The notes beneath the pieces were generated by a model. The model searched no databases, was not told the DNA's origin, and saw nothing but the letters and a program-made list of their open reading frames with translations. A DNA stretch of 64,000 nucleotides from Squalus acanthias (Eukaryota): the NCBI GenBank assembly GCA_030390025.1, contig CM059432.1, forward strand, positions 45,448,001 through 45,512,000. Direction: 5' to 3'. A program made the translations under genes and the position numbers. Below are positions 47,001 to 56,648 of the stretch, piece by piece (position 1 is the first letter of the stretch; each line of letters opens with the position of its first letter).

Positions 47001-50000
47001 TACATTGATGATGAGCCTCAAATAGTTTTCTTTCAGCTTGTCTATTTCAGCATAATTTATGACATATGTGTGTCACTTTTTTCTTCCAATTTGCAGTACT
47101 TTGCACTTGTCTCCACTAAATTTTGTCTACCATTATTATGCCACTTACAACTCACATATTCTATCCAACTCATTGCGGAGTTTCTGAGCTGCCTCCTCCA
47201 AGTCCACTACTCCTCCTAGTTTGATATCATCTGCAAATTTGACCACTTTGTATTGAGTTTCTGATCCAAGTCATTTATGTAAATTAGACGCAATAGTGGT
47301 CCAACAGCAAGCTGTGAGGCACCCCACTCAGTACTTCTCCCCCACCCTGACATAACCCATCTAACGAGTACTCATTTTCTATCCTTCAGCCAAGTTCTTA
47401 TCTATTCTCAGAGTTTACTGTTACTCCCTACAGCATTGAGTTTAACTAATAGCCTATTGTGTAGAACTTTGTCAAAAGCCTTTTTGGATGCCTACGTGCA
47501 CCACATTGTAGGGGTTATCACAGTCCACTTACATTCTCACTTCCTCAGGGTACTCAGGCAGGATCTTCCCTTTCTGAATCCATGTTGACTGCTGTTTACT
47601 AGGTTATTATTGTACAGATAATCTTCAAGTTTCCATTATTTTAGATGGAATGGAAGTAAGACTAACGGGTCAGTAATTGCTTGTCTTCCCCCCCCCCTTT
47701 TTGAATATGGATACCATATTAGCCTGTTTCCAGTCTACTGGTAGGTCCCCAGTCACCAGAGACTCCCTCATAATCATTGTCAGTACCTTAGTGATCTTTC
47801 TGTTCTTTCTCAGCGCTCTGGAATAAATATCATCTATCACTGGAGATTTATTTAACCTGTCCAGGATTTCCATCTCATTGATATCGAAATCCGTTCATTT
47901 GGGGAAGGCTTGAATGCTTGAAGGAAGTAATCGTTCAGAATATTTACTTTTTTAAGTTTGTCTTCAATTTGAAGGCAGTTTGCAATTTTTATGGTTTTTC
48001 CCTCTTCAATGACTGCCATTTTACAGCCATGGTACTAAAATAATGTTTTACTGTTGTGATTAGCTTGTATTAATGTGTGTTTTCTTGGTCCCTCTTTATT
48101 CCTCTGATTCCCCTTTTAACAAGTTTTTGCATTTCCCAGTGAATGCCTTTTGCTTTCTCCTGAAGGATGTGTCATAGTTATTTTTCTTTTTAATTTATTA
48201 ATTCAGTTAGGATCACATTTGTTTAATCTGGGATTGTTGCTTTTATGAATGTAAGCGTCCTGCATGCCCTGCATTATTCTTTCAAAGGTGATCCACTTGT
48301 CTTCTACTGAATTTTCATTGAGCAACCTCATTCCATTTGCTTTAGTTGTTCCCTCACTTCTTTGAATTGAGCCTTTTTAAAGTTAGAGAATCATAGAATG
48401 GTTACAGCACAGAAGGAGGCTATTCGACCTGTCGCGCCTGTGCCGGCTCTCTGCAAGAGCACTTCAGCTAGTCCCACTCCCCCGGCCTTTCCCCGTAGCC
48501 CTGCAAATTCTTTTCCTTCAGGTACTTATCCAATTCCCTTTTGAAACCCACAATTGAATCTACTTGGTAAAATAATGGGACTAAAAGATGGCAAGTCCCC
48601 TGGACCAGATGACCTACATCCCAGGGTTGTAAAATAAGTGGCTGCAGAGATAGTGGATACATTGATTGCAATATACCAAAATTCCCTGGACTCTGGAGAG
48701 GTCCCAGCGGATTGGAAAACCGCAAATGTAACACCCCTATTTAAGAAAGGAGGGAGACAGAAAGCAGGAAACTATAGACCAGTTAGCCTAACATCTGTCG
48801 TTGGGAAAATGCTGGAGTCCTTCATTAAGGAAGCAGTAGCTAGCAGGGCATTTGGAAAATCATAATGCAGTCAAGCAGAGTCAGCATGGTTTTATGAAAG
48901 GGAAATCATGTTTAACAAATTTGCTGGAGTTCTTTGAGGATGTAACGAGCAGGGTGGTTAAGGATGAGCCAGTGGATGTTGTGTATTTGGATTTCCAGAA
49001 GGCATTCGATAAGGTGCCACATAAAAGGTTTACTGCATAAGATAAGAGCTCACGGTGTTGGCGGTAATATATTAGCATGGACAGAGAATTGGCTAACTAA
49101 TAGAAAGCAGAGAGTCGGGATAAATGGGTCATTTTCCGGTTGGCAAACGGTAACTAGTGGGGTGCCACAGGGATCGGTGCTGGGGCCTCAACTATTTACA
49201 ATCTACATTAATGACTTGGATGAAGGGACCGAGTGTAATGTAGCCAAGTTTGCGGATGGTACAAAGATGGGTGGGAAAGCAAGTTGTGCAGAGGACTCAA
49301 AGAATCTGCAAAGGGATATAGACAGGCTAAGTGAGTGGGCAAACATTTGGCAGATGGAGTATAATGTGGGAAAGTGCGAGGTTATCCACTTTGGCAGGAA
49401 AAATAAAAAAGCAAATTATTATTTAAATAGAGAGAGATTACAAAATGCTACAGTTCAGAGGGACCTGGGGGTCCTTGTGCATGAAACACAAAAAGTTAGC
49501 ATGCAGGTACAGCATGTAATCAAAAAGGCAAATGGAATGTTGGCCTTTATTACAAGGGGGTTGGAGTATAAAAGCAGGGAAGTCCTGCTACAACTGTACA
49601 GGGTATTGATGAGACCACACCTTGAGTACTGCGTACAGTTTTGGTCTCCTTATTTACTTGCATTGGAGGCAATTCAGAGACGATTCACATGGTTGATTCC
49701 TGAGATGAGGGGGGTTGACTTATGAAGAAAGGTTGAGCAGGTTGGGCCTATACTCATTGGAGTTTAGAAGAATGAGAGGTGATCTTATTGAAACATATAA
49801 GATACTGAGGGGGTTCGACAAGGTAGATGCAGAGAGGATGTTTCCCCTCATGGGGACTGACGAAGGGTCATCGACCTGAAATGTTAACTCTGTTTCTCTG
49901 TCCACAGATGCTGCCTGACCTGCTGAGTATTTCCAGCATTTTCTGTTTTTATTTCAGATTTCGAGCATCCGCAGTATTTTGCTTTCTTATATTCTGCCTC

Positions 50001-53000
50001 CACCACCCTCTGAGGCATTGCATTCCAGATCCTAACCACTCGCGTAAAAAAGTTTTTCCTCTTGTTGCCTTTGATTCTTCTGCAAATCACCTTAAATCTG
50101 TGTCCTCTGGTTTTCGACCCTTCTGTCAATGGGAACAGTCTAGACCCCTCGTGATTTTGAACACTTTTGTCAAATCTCCTCTCAACCTTCTCTGCTCTAA
50201 GGTGAACAACCCCAGCTTCTCCAGTCTAGCCACGTAACTGAAGTCCCTCATCCCTGGAACCATTCTTGTAAATCTATAAGATAATGACCAGATAATCTGT
50301 TTTAGTGATGTTGGTTGAGGGATAAATATTTTACAGGACTCCACTGCTTCTCTTCAAATAGTACCATGGGATCTTTTACATCTACCCGAGTGGGCAGACT
50401 TGGTTTAACGTCTCGTCCGAACTCCCTCCACACTGCACTGAAGTGTCAGCCTGCATTATGTGCTCAAGCCTCTGGAGTGGGACTTGAACCCATGGCCTTC
50501 TGACTCAGACACGAGTGCTACCCACTGAGTCGCAGCTGACACTTATACTCCTGACTCTGTCTTGGGTATTTTTGTCTTCCAAGATCATATTGAGCTTGGT
50601 CATTCTGTGGTTGCTGTTCTTCAAGGGTGCTACAATTTCTATTTCCTGTATGTTGTCAGGGTCAATAGTGAGTAACAGGTCAAGATGAGCACTGTCTTTC
50701 ATAATTTCCTTGACACAGAGACATGAAGCAATTGTGCATTACACTAATTAATTCTGACTCTAAACCATTTGGGTTTTCCTAGTTTATATTTAGTTGATTG
50801 AAGTCTCCCATTAAAATAACCTTTCTGTTCTCTCATACACTTCCTTCCTATTCATATAACAAATTGATGAGCCAGAACTTTTTTGAGGTTAACATTGGCA
50901 AGACCAAAGTCATCCTTTTTGGACCCCACCAGAAATTCCATGTCTTGGCCCTTTATCCCATTCCTTTCAGAGATTAATGAGAGAAGCCATATTCTCCAAC
51001 TTACCACGTGCAACCTTCTATAAATGTAATTTTGTTGAGCATTTTCCCAACATTAGACAATCACAAAATTAAAATTGAATTGCATTTTTTCTGTTTTAAT
51101 CCAGAATTACATATATTGTCAGTTTTAACTGGACACAGTGACGCATCAGCAAATTCTGTTAAACAGTGTGCCTTCAGACCTCACTAATGGATATTAGATT
51201 TGACAGACATGTTCTGTAGTTTTCTGCAGTTTTCTTGTGCTGCTAGGCAACGTATATTTTCACACCCTGCTGAAGTTGAACAATAAAGCCAGTTTTCAAG
51301 TCTACTTTCAAAGAAAAGTAAACTTTTGATGCTTTTACATATAGAATAATTACTGCTATCATTTCACTAACAGTAATGCTGATGTTTTGTTTGGCTTCAG
51401 TGAGATATATATTGGATATAAAGGATGTAACATACTTAAAATGTGTTCATTTAAATTCAAGTCTGGTATACTGGCGTGTAGCCAACCTGAACTTCCCTTT
51501 GAATGACTAGTGAATGCAGAAGCATCTGCAAAAAAAAAAAAAATTACAAATTTGAAAGTTTATTAAATAAAGTAAAGATTTACCACTTTAGGTCTTAAAT
51601 TTAAAATTGGTACAGTTGGTTCTGATTTTGTTAGGGCCAGCTAACCTAAAAAAATCTCAAGTTAAATTGACGGATTATATACTCTTCCAGTGAAAATACT
51701 AAACTGAAAATGCATATGGTCCACTAGCTAAATTTAAGTAGCAGGTATTCAGTGCTGCAGACTTAACCTGCAAGAAGGTAATATAATTGAATACAAGAAA
51801 TAAGTAATTCTTGTACTGAAACTAGTCAACAAAAATGTGGAAGCTAATTTTTTAATGTGGCTGCATGAATGAATTGATAAACAAGACTTTCTATCTTGGC
51901 TGTTTGGCTATAACAAATGATAATCTCTTGCTGCCAGAAATTCAGTAGAGGTGTTTTTGCTAAGACTGATTAAAGTTTAAGTTTGTTTACGGACTGCTTG
52001 TACTTCTGTGTGTGTCTGTCTGTATAAGTATACCTTGTGCCTATCTAGGTCAGGGGTGGCAATGCTACCCAGTAGGACATTTTTCATTCACTCACTGCTC
52101 GGGCATTTCTAGCTCAGTTATAGAAAGGATTAGATGCATTATTAGCCTTGATGTCCCAATCGCCAGTCCAAATACAGAAGAACATATCTAAGCACCATTA
52201 TGATATTCTTATTTTCTACATAATTGCCCTATAGTGTCTCTACATGAGATTGACCAGATGATATCCATTCTTGAGCTTGTATATATCAGCACTGGAGTTT
52301 TCCTGCCCAAACTCCTTTGGGCATGAAACTCGTAATATTCATGTGTTATTGTTATCCTGATTTCTATGAGTTTGATTGAAGCCAAATTCCAAAAGGTAAA
52401 TAGTTTTTCAATCTATCCCTTTGCCAACAAAATTACTTGTGCAAATTGTTTTTATGTTTGACTTTAGGCCTTTACAAACAAAGGCATTATTTTCCCTTTC
52501 TTCGAGTGGCAGAGGGGCTGAAGATGTACCATCCTTTTTTAAAATTAGTCATCACCTTTGGTTGCACGCTATCTATCTGAACTGGTGCGGCAAACTGCCT
52601 GTTTCAAAGCCCAAAACCAGAATGGTGAAGCCCATTTAAATGAATCAAATGTTAGTGTTAAGAATCCTCTTTTTTACTGACTCAACATGCTTATGAGAGA
52701 ATTTAAATGAATTGGATAGCCCATTTAAGTGAATCGTGTTACCATCTAATATTAGCTCTTGTTCACTGCTCCCAATCTGCTGCTATATCCACCTGGCATG
52801 TCCTTTGTATCCTGTGTCAATAGAACATCACAGCTGATTACACAGTTGAGATCAAATTGGAGCAGCAGTTTGCGTCATCTTGCAGTGAACATGTAGCAGC
52901 AGAATTCTCTACCCCAGAGGGCTGTGGAGGCTCAGTCGTTGAGTATATTCAAGACAAGAAATCGATAGATTTTCGGATATTAAGGGAATCGAGGGATATG

Positions 53001-53657
53001 GGGATAGTGCAGGAAGTGGAGTTGAGGTAGAAGATCAGCCATGATCTTATTGAATGGCAGAGCAGGCTCGAGGTGCCAAATGGCCTACTCCTGCTCCTAT
53101 TTCTTATGTTCTATACCTTCAAGGTACATTGTAGGGACTTGTCGAAAACTGAATCTGATTTTTTCCTACTTCTCAGTGTCTTCTCAAGTAACATTGCTGA
53201 AATCTAAAACAGTGTGGGGAGCAGATAAAATCAAACTTCTTCTGATGATGATGCACTGATCCTTCCGTGGGCTCCTTTTATACCTTTTTATATTCATAAT
53301 TAGAGGCTTTTTGTGGTCAATAAGTGCTCAGCTACAGCAGTCTTGTGCTTTGACTGCCAGAATTCTTTTCCTTTTTAACCCTTTGTTTTTTCCCATATCA
53401 GTAATGACAGAATTAAGATTAGGTCACAAATGTGAAACAATAGTGCTTCAAAATTATCGCACACAAATCTGAAATGTGTTGCACCAAAATACTAGCTGGT
53501 GTTAAATAATATTGTCCAGTGTAGGGTGTTCATATGTGATTCTATGTTATCGCCATTGAATGGCTAAGGATGCACTTTGACCTATATTCTATTTTCACAA
53601 GGTTAATTATCCCAATTTATTTACAGATATGACCCAAAATCTGTCAAAAGAAGATGA
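1033..53657 (+). CDS. NBN: Nibrin (NBS1), MRN complex subunit; spliced CDS of exons 2-16 (exon 1 outside window)
   Basis: 15 GT-AG exons totalling 2240 nt join in one frame. They encode FHA ([27 protein letters not shown]), tandem BRCT, the MRE11-binding NFKKFRK motif and the ATM-binding C-terminus [15 protein letters not shown]. Many exon sizes equal those I recall for human NBN. Confidence 0.97.
2118..3925 (-). mobile_element. 5'-truncated CR1-clade LINE (HER1-like), RT and 3' UTR
   Basis: ORFs 2908-3705 and 2203-2706 with [27 protein letters not shown] and FGDD; internal stop/deletion; tail ggccgaatggcctactcctgctcct. Confidence 0.93.
4829..4977 (+). CDS. NBN: NBN exon 3 (149 nt, FHA)
   Basis: ttaaag|ACC CAA...TTC AG|gtaata; [50 protein letters not shown]. 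Confidence 0.95.
5180..5372 (+). mobile_element. Deu-domain SINE fragment
   Basis: caggtggatgta...ccatggcac...gaagaagagc..ggagttctccc..tgtcctggccaat core. Confidence 0.6.
5567..6467. mobile_element. Non-autonomous PIF/Harbinger-type element (901 bp)
   Basis: Perfect 16-bp TIR GGGGGAAAAATTCAGT/ACTGAATTTTTCCCCC with 3-bp TSD ATT; CpG-rich; internal (CT)n at 6070-6097; MERTRERAQ remnant resembling a Myb-gene start. Confidence 0.85.
6970..7129 (+). CDS. NBN: NBN exon 4 (160 nt, BRCT1)
   Basis: cttcag|A GTA GAA...GTG AAG|gtcagc; [53 protein letters not shown]. Confidence 0.95.
7740..8168 (+). mobile_element. L2-clade LINE 3' end
   Basis: [22 protein letters not shown]-terminus and tail ..atataaatgcaagtt. 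Confidence 0.85.
8478..8581 (+). CDS. NBN: NBN exon 5 (104 nt)
   Basis: aataag|ACT ATA...GAA AG|gtaaca; [34 protein letters not shown]. Confidence 0.95.
9002..9748. mobile_element. Harbinger-like MITE, family A
   Basis: Imperfect TIR tggcctggaattt/gcaaaatccaggca; internal similarity to the copies at 16392, 30568 and 40802. Confidence 0.75.
9786..11845 (-). mobile_element. 5'-truncated, frameshifted L2-clade LINE
   Basis: [32 protein letters not shown] and LADLH.L motifs; 3' tail at about 9790. Confidence 0.9.
13025..13246. mobile_element. Penelope-like element terminal repeat in fold-back (inverted) configuration
   Basis: Arms at about 13025-13107 and 13122-13210 are near reverse complements; same sequence as the PLE termini at 40408, 42950 and 49857. 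Confidence 0.85.
13711..13828 (+). CDS. NBN: NBN exon 6 (118 nt)
   Basis: tggcag|T TTT CCC...AAG CAG|gtaata; [39 protein letters not shown]. Confidence 0.95.
14045..15305 (-). pseudogene. Decayed Harbinger (HARBI1-like) DDE transposase, interrupted by a CR1 tail at about 14344-14492
   Basis: Collinear minus-strand remnants [17 protein letters not shown] and [28 protein letters not shown]; continues as LHNLAL beyond the CR1 insert. Confidence 0.75.
15460..15785 (-). mobile_element. CR1 3' fragment
   Basis: Reverse complement matches the CR1 C-terminus and tail at 28050-28370. Confidence 0.8.
16029..16210 (+). CDS. NBN: NBN exon 7 (182 nt, BRCT2)
   Basis: ttgcag|CAG AAG AGG...CAA CG|gtacat; [18 protein letters not shown]...CVIDVG...[12 protein letters not shown] tandem NAGNAG acceptor makes the start uncertain by 3 nt. 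Confidence 0.9.
16392..17159. mobile_element. Harbinger-like MITE, family A
   Basis: TIR tggcccggattttgc/gcaaaatttaggcca; shared internal hairpin and acttcctggtt/ctgtctgagaattc blocks. Confidence 0.8.
17569..17666 (+). CDS. NBN: NBN exon 8 (98 nt)
   Basis: gactag|A AAA GGA...CTT G|gtaagt; [32 protein letters not shown]. Confidence 0.95.
18156..18297 (+). CDS. NBN: NBN exon 9 (142 nt)
   Basis: ttttag|AA ACT...GCA AG|gtaaat; contains PGPTLSQ (human S343-equivalent SQ site) and TAYVPDTQ. Confidence 0.92.
18500..19598. mobile_element. Two old CR1 fragments (- at about 18500-19045, + at about 19085-19598)
   Basis: Degenerate [25 protein letters not shown] and WQ..FN..K remnants. Confidence 0.6.
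20818..21180 (+). mobile_element. L2-clade LINE 3' end
   Basis: [14 protein letters not shown] and tail gcgctatataaatacaagttg. Confidence 0.85.
22220..22860 (+). mobile_element. L2-clade LINE 3' fragment
   Basis: [25 protein letters not shown]; tail (gtt)n. Confidence 0.88.
23629..23925 (+). CDS. NBN: NBN exon 10 (297 nt)
   Basis: ttacag|A ATG AAC...AAA AG|gtgaaa; open frame with VKET motifs, ending [11 protein letters not shown]. Confidence 0.88.
24361..24799 (+). CDS. NBN: NBN exon 11 (439 nt)
   Basis: aaacag|A GAA AGA GAG...GCA TCT|gtgagt; open and phase-compatible; [13 protein letters not shown] motifs. Confidence 0.85.
25844..25915 (+). CDS. NBN: NBN exon 12 (72 nt)
   Basis: Pyrimidine tract, gcaaag|ACA TCA CAA GTA AAA CAG GAG...AAT AAT|gtaagt; phase 0-0; [24 protein letters not shown]. 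Poorly conserved, so the boundaries are less certain. Confidence 0.72.
27075..28372 (+). mobile_element. Two CR1 3' fragments (about 27075-27530 and 27675-28372)
   Basis: FKIMK.FDRV...FFMQRVV.IWN.LP C-terminus and tail ttctatgattctatg. Confidence 0.8.
28540..29750. mobile_element. Composite Harbinger-like MITE region with duplicated right terminus
   Basis: Left end gagctggatttt; right-end block cccgggtttcccgac...gattaaaattcaggcc occurs twice (ending 29217 and 29750). Confidence 0.55.
29262..29600. repeat. GC-rich minisatellite, 40-bp unit, about 8 copies
   Basis: Unit CCCCACACGATCCTCCGGCCCTCCGATGATCACCTCCGGC repeats at 29341, 29381 and 29421, with one half-unit near 29460. Confidence 0.95.
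30285..30434 (+). CDS. NBN: NBN exon 13 (150 nt, MRE11-binding)
   Basis: ttatag|TAT TTG...AGA AAG|gttaat; [18 protein letters not shown]...[10 protein letters not shown]. Confidence 0.93.
30843..31658 (-). mobile_element. 5'-truncated CR1/L2-group LINE (Crack-like), copy 1
   Basis: [38 protein letters not shown] and A-tail. Confidence 0.8.
31960..32040 (+). mobile_element. tRNA-derived SINE head
   Basis: A-box TGGCAGAGTGG (31967) and B-box GAGTTCAAATC (about 32010); no tRNA cloverleaf. Confidence 0.5.
32260..33142 (-). mobile_element. 5'-truncated CR1/L2-group LINE (Crack-like), copy 2, inserted in a CR1 tail (about 32110-32259, +)
   Basis: ORF 32319-32771 [24 protein letters not shown]; same family as copy 1. 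Confidence 0.8.
33608..33721 (+). CDS. NBN: NBN exon 14 (114 nt)
   Basis: tggtag|GTT GTG...GTG GAG|gtatga; [38 protein letters not shown]. Confidence 0.95.
34634..37237. mobile_element. Internally deleted PIF/Harbinger DNA transposon (2604 bp)
   Basis: Perfect 15-bp TIR GGGCTCGATTTTGCC/GGCAAAATCGAGCCC; 3-bp TSD AAA, confirmed by the empty-site CR1 sequence; Myb/SANT gene on +; probable transposase 5' remnant on - (about 36395-36742). Confidence 0.92.
34915..36306 (+). pseudogene. Harbinger Myb/SANT-like (NAIF1/MSANTD-type) gene; exons 34915-35150, 35470-35629, 35786-36306
   Basis: APRF..SL*ALV..., [44 protein letters not shown] introns with matching phases; stop (34966) and frameshift in exon 1 only. 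Confidence 0.85.
38220..38269 (+). CDS. NBN: NBN exon 15 (50 nt, ATM-binding motif)
   Basis: acccag|GAT CAA...TTC AG|gtaagg; [17 protein letters not shown]. Confidence 0.95.
39140..39625 (-). mobile_element. Degraded CR1 ORF1 (SGNH esterase domain)
   Basis: CFPCARV.DI...[11 protein letters not shown]...[16 protein letters not shown]. Confidence 0.8.
39678..40150 (-). mobile_element. Penelope-like element ORF fragment with GIY-YIG endonuclease
   Basis: [14 protein letters not shown]...RC.TC linker, [31 protein letters not shown]. Confidence 0.88.
40408..40508 (-). mobile_element. PLE terminal-repeat fragment
   Basis: Same sequence as follows the PLE ORF C-terminus at 42944-43045. Confidence 0.85.
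40471..40507 (-). ncRNA. Minimal type I hammerhead ribozyme motif
   Basis: AGUU-CUGACGA-A-GGGU(CAUCA)ACCU-GAAA-C-GUU-AACU: core boxes, helix I AGUU/AACU and palindromic helix III AACGUU. Confidence 0.65.
40802..41600. mobile_element. Harbinger-like MITE, family A, with internal (CA)n
   Basis: TIR tggcccggaatttgc/gcaaattacagggc with TAT flanks; (CA)n at about 40950-41009. Confidence 0.78.
41900..42543 (+). mobile_element. CR1 ORF2 internal fragment lacking its 3' end
   Basis: [37 protein letters not shown]. Confidence 0.85.
42544..43079 (+). mobile_element. PLE 3' end: ORF C-terminus, UTR and terminal repeat with mutated hammerhead
   Basis: [27 protein letters not shown], then ttgacgaaaggtcatcaacctgacacgttaac. 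Confidence 0.85.
45425..46460 (+). mobile_element. Highly degraded L2 ORF2 fragment hosting a MITE
   Basis: P.LKK, FLSKILE, HSTTETAL and H.Y..DTQLY remnants. Confidence 0.55.
45676..46094. mobile_element. Tc1/mariner (pogo/Tigger-type) MITE, 419 bp
   Basis: 24-bp TIR CAGGAAACTTTC(A/G)TTTATCCGGCA with one mismatch; TA TSD on both sides. Confidence 0.9.
46470..47880 (-). mobile_element. Old degraded CR1 LINE
   Basis: Remnants DWKQAN..IFKKG, KAFDKV and KFADD; 3' tail near 46480. Confidence 0.75.
48564..49856 (+). mobile_element. CR1 ORF2 fragment (RT) lacking its 3' UTR
   Basis: ORFs 48638, 48852 and 48964 with RT motifs; stops abruptly at MFPLMG. Confidence 0.92.
49857..49990 (+). mobile_element. 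PLE terminal repeat beginning at a hammerhead core
   Basis: CTGACGAAGGGTCATCGACCTGAAATGTTAACTC...gcagtattttgcttt. Confidence 0.82.
50276..50545 (-). mobile_element. Deu-domain SINE (SacSINE-like) with tRNA-derived head
   Basis: Reverse complement has an A-box-like gactcagtggg, B-box GGTTCAAGTCCC, then caggctgacac and the Deu core. Confidence 0.75.
52900..53112 (+). mobile_element. CR1 3' tail
   Basis: aattctctaccccagagggctgtggagg...tggcctactcctgctcctatttcttatgttct. Confidence 0.85.
53627..53657 (+). CDS. NBN: NBN exon 16, coding part with stop
   Basis: ttacag|A TAT GAC CCA AAA TCT GTC AAA AGA AGA TGA = (R)YDPKSVKRR*; follows a 15.4 kb last intron. Confidence 0.9.
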
Positions 53658-53944
53658 TGAAATTGAGGAAAGCAACTATCACAGGCAGCAATAATTAAAC
53701 ACTCTCCTGCTTGGGGTACAAAGAGCCATTACATGTAACTGAAGATGATACCCATAAGTCATGTGGATTTTCTTTTGGAATGTTTACAGCTATTATGTTA
53801 ATTTAGCTTGTGCTCTGTTCTAGTTTTAAAAGTCGATCTTTCTCTAAGTTTTTATTCATTTTCTGTTGACCGTACCGGTGAGCTGCACTGAGCTCCGAGG
53901 AATCAGGGGAAGTTACTCTGGAAAGTCATGAGCTAAAGAGGACT

Positions 53945-53950
53945 AATAAA
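53945..53950 (+). promoter_or_regulatory. Candidate NBN polyadenylation signal
   Basis: AATAAA about 290 nt after the stop codon, followed by GT-rich sequence. Confidence 0.45.
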
Positions 53951-56648
53951 TGAATGTATATGTGTAGGGAAGATTATTAGGAAACAAATGAATGTATCAA
54001 ACAGTTGATTCAGAAAAACAGTGTTCAAATTGTTTAAAATATATAAGAAGCAATAATTTAAGCTTCTTTATATGCTTTATACTGAAGTTTACAAATATGT
54101 GCCCTTTAAAACAAACTAGTATTTTTATTACAAATGTTGTACAAAAGTCAAATTGGCAAATATACAATTACACGAGTTTTAGTGGTTTGTCCTGAAGCAT
54201 GCATTCTTCTTTAGATCAAAATTCCTTAGTAGTCTGTATTGTCTATATTAAAAAATCTAAATTGTTTGCATACATATATATGAGAGAGTTTGTCTTTGAT
54301 CCAAAGTTACTTTCACACACTTATTTCTTTTCACATACCAATTTTAAATACATTTTACCATCTAAATTAAAGGTGCTACAATGGAAAATATAACGCTTAG
54401 ATTTATAAAGCACCTTATTAAGTTGAGATGTCTTAAATCATTTCACGTTATTTTTGAAGTGCACTTACTACGTGGGCAAATGTGGCCATTCTGCATAATT
54501 AGTGTCATTTTTTCTTTGAGCAATTTGTAGCAAAATCGTAAACCTTTTACATGTACCATTTGTCTAGCATACATTTTGTCCTTCACGCTGTTTATTTGCA
54601 AATTTCTGTCACACTTTTACCTGATTGGTTCAAATTTTATATTCTTAAAACATTGAGAAATCACACCAAACAGGTCATTAAAAAAGCAATCAACAAGTAC
54701 CAAGCAGGAATGAAAACCACCAACCATCAGGTTCAAAACAACTATAAATCAAAACTGAGCAGCCAGCAGCAGCTACCACTAGAAGAAAAGATATCCTGAA
54801 GCAATCAAATCATTCCAAATTTTCTTTTGAAAATCCTTTTAGCTTTTTCACTAATCTTTTAATTTTTTTAATAGTTACAACAGTTATCTTTTTTAGTTTC
54901 TTTACAATGACTTACAATTTTATAGTGCCTTTAACTTAAAACATCTCTAGGTGTTTCACAAAAGAGAAAACCGACCGTATGATAGACTTGGGCTAACCAA
55001 AATCATAGTTGAAAAATGGGTTTTGAGGAGGCTTTTAAAGATAGGAAGGGAAGTAGCAAAGCGCAGAGGTTTAGGTAGGCAGTCCAGAGGGTAGAACCTA
55101 GCTGGATGATAGTTTTGCCAGAAAGTAAAAGAATGCCTGGAGGGGATGGATAGAGAGCGACGTAGAAAGCTCAAGGCTGGAAAAAACTATAGGGCTGATT
55201 TTCCTCCCCCTAACTCTCGGGCATTGGGCAGGGTAAATGGGAGCTGTTCCAGCAGCCTCCCACTGGAGTTAAGGCCTGAGTCTACTTGAATAGCCAAGCA
55301 TTTTTGACCTCAGATATTTTAAAGCTCTGCAGAATCCCTATTTCTCAACTAATTTTTTCTTGCTAACTACTTTACCATCTGCCACTTGCTGTGGACTGTC
55401 TTCGTGTCCCTCCCCTTTAGAGACGGTACAAAATGGGTTTCGATTGGAGAGCCCCTTTACCTTTGCTTCCAGGAGCAGAAGGTGCCGAGGCAAGCCAGCC
55501 TGGTGATGCTGCACTGAAAACGCATGGTACCCACCTGCCACAACACCCCCACTAAGGATAGAGGCAGAGCCACGTCAACCTACACTTGCCCAAGGAGAAG
55601 CAGCAGCAACCTGAAGACGATACAGAGAACAACCTTTTCTTGGCTGCAAGGCACATTGGCGGCACACTGATCCTACCACATCTGGCCACTGCATGAACAG
55701 TTCTGTACATCTTCCCACCACAAGCATACATTGATCTACAGAACCTTCTCTGCATGTCAACTCACAGCTCCCATTCGTACAACCTGATGAAAGCCACTTT
55801 TAAACCTTGCAAAGAACAATGTGCGCACAACTTTAGATATTTTAATTAAAACCCATACTGTACATATGTGCCTAGTGCTTATTACCGTAGTTCACCATGG
55901 TGGCAGTCTGTCAAGTGTAAGCTCTTAATCCTAATCTAATGGTCCTTTTAGGTGCTATCTAAGTGGCAGACGTGCATAAGTTGGCCGGCTGCTGTGTGTC
56001 AGTATGCATTTCTTGAGACTGAGGTGGCTCTCAGCTCAAGACAGCTAAGTCACGAGAAGTAGCTTGTGCTGCTGCATAGGCAGTTTAGGTGTACCTCATT
56101 TCTGTCATGTACCAACATCTGAGTAGCCTCCTGAGAAGGGGGGCATTCTCATACATTTTGCATAACTTCTTGCAAACTTACAGCTGCTGAAAATGCAAGT
56201 TTGTGCTGTGCTGACCGCTTCAAGCTGCTGGAGGACTTTAAATCCAGCAGCAGCATGCAATTTTCCACCACCCAAATGGCAAGCTCCCAATGAGTGGTGT
56301 TCCTGATGCCAGGGGATCGTTTTCATTATATTAATTCTGCTCACCTTGAAACTCAGTGCTCAGCCCACTTCTCTGCAAGCATATGCAAATCATGCTCAGC
56401 TTGGGTTTTTGCTCAAGTGGAAAATCTAGGTTCATGTCTCTTGAGTGAGGTTGGTGCATGGTACAGGACAACCCAAGAAAGTGAGAAGGGGTGAAGATTC
56501 CTTCAAAAGCAGCAAAATTGTCCTCAACCAAAAAAGAAAAAGCATGTTCAGAAACACACACTTTGTCACCTTTATCAATAAAAGAACACTTTAGATTTAA
56601 CCAAACTTCACATGATTTCTGTTCTACAATTTTTTTTTTATAAAACTA

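Larger units (their letters stand above)
48385..50272 (-). mobile_element. CR1 3' fragment split into 48385-48563 and about 49993-50272 by a nested insertion
   Basis: ...attgaatct|gcctccaccaccc continuity across the insert; same subfamily as 15460-15785. Confidence 0.8.

Noticed and set aside
55190..56430. Another Harbinger-like remnant beginning gggctgattttcc
   Set aside because: No convincing matching right TIR or protein motifs, so it could not be delimited.
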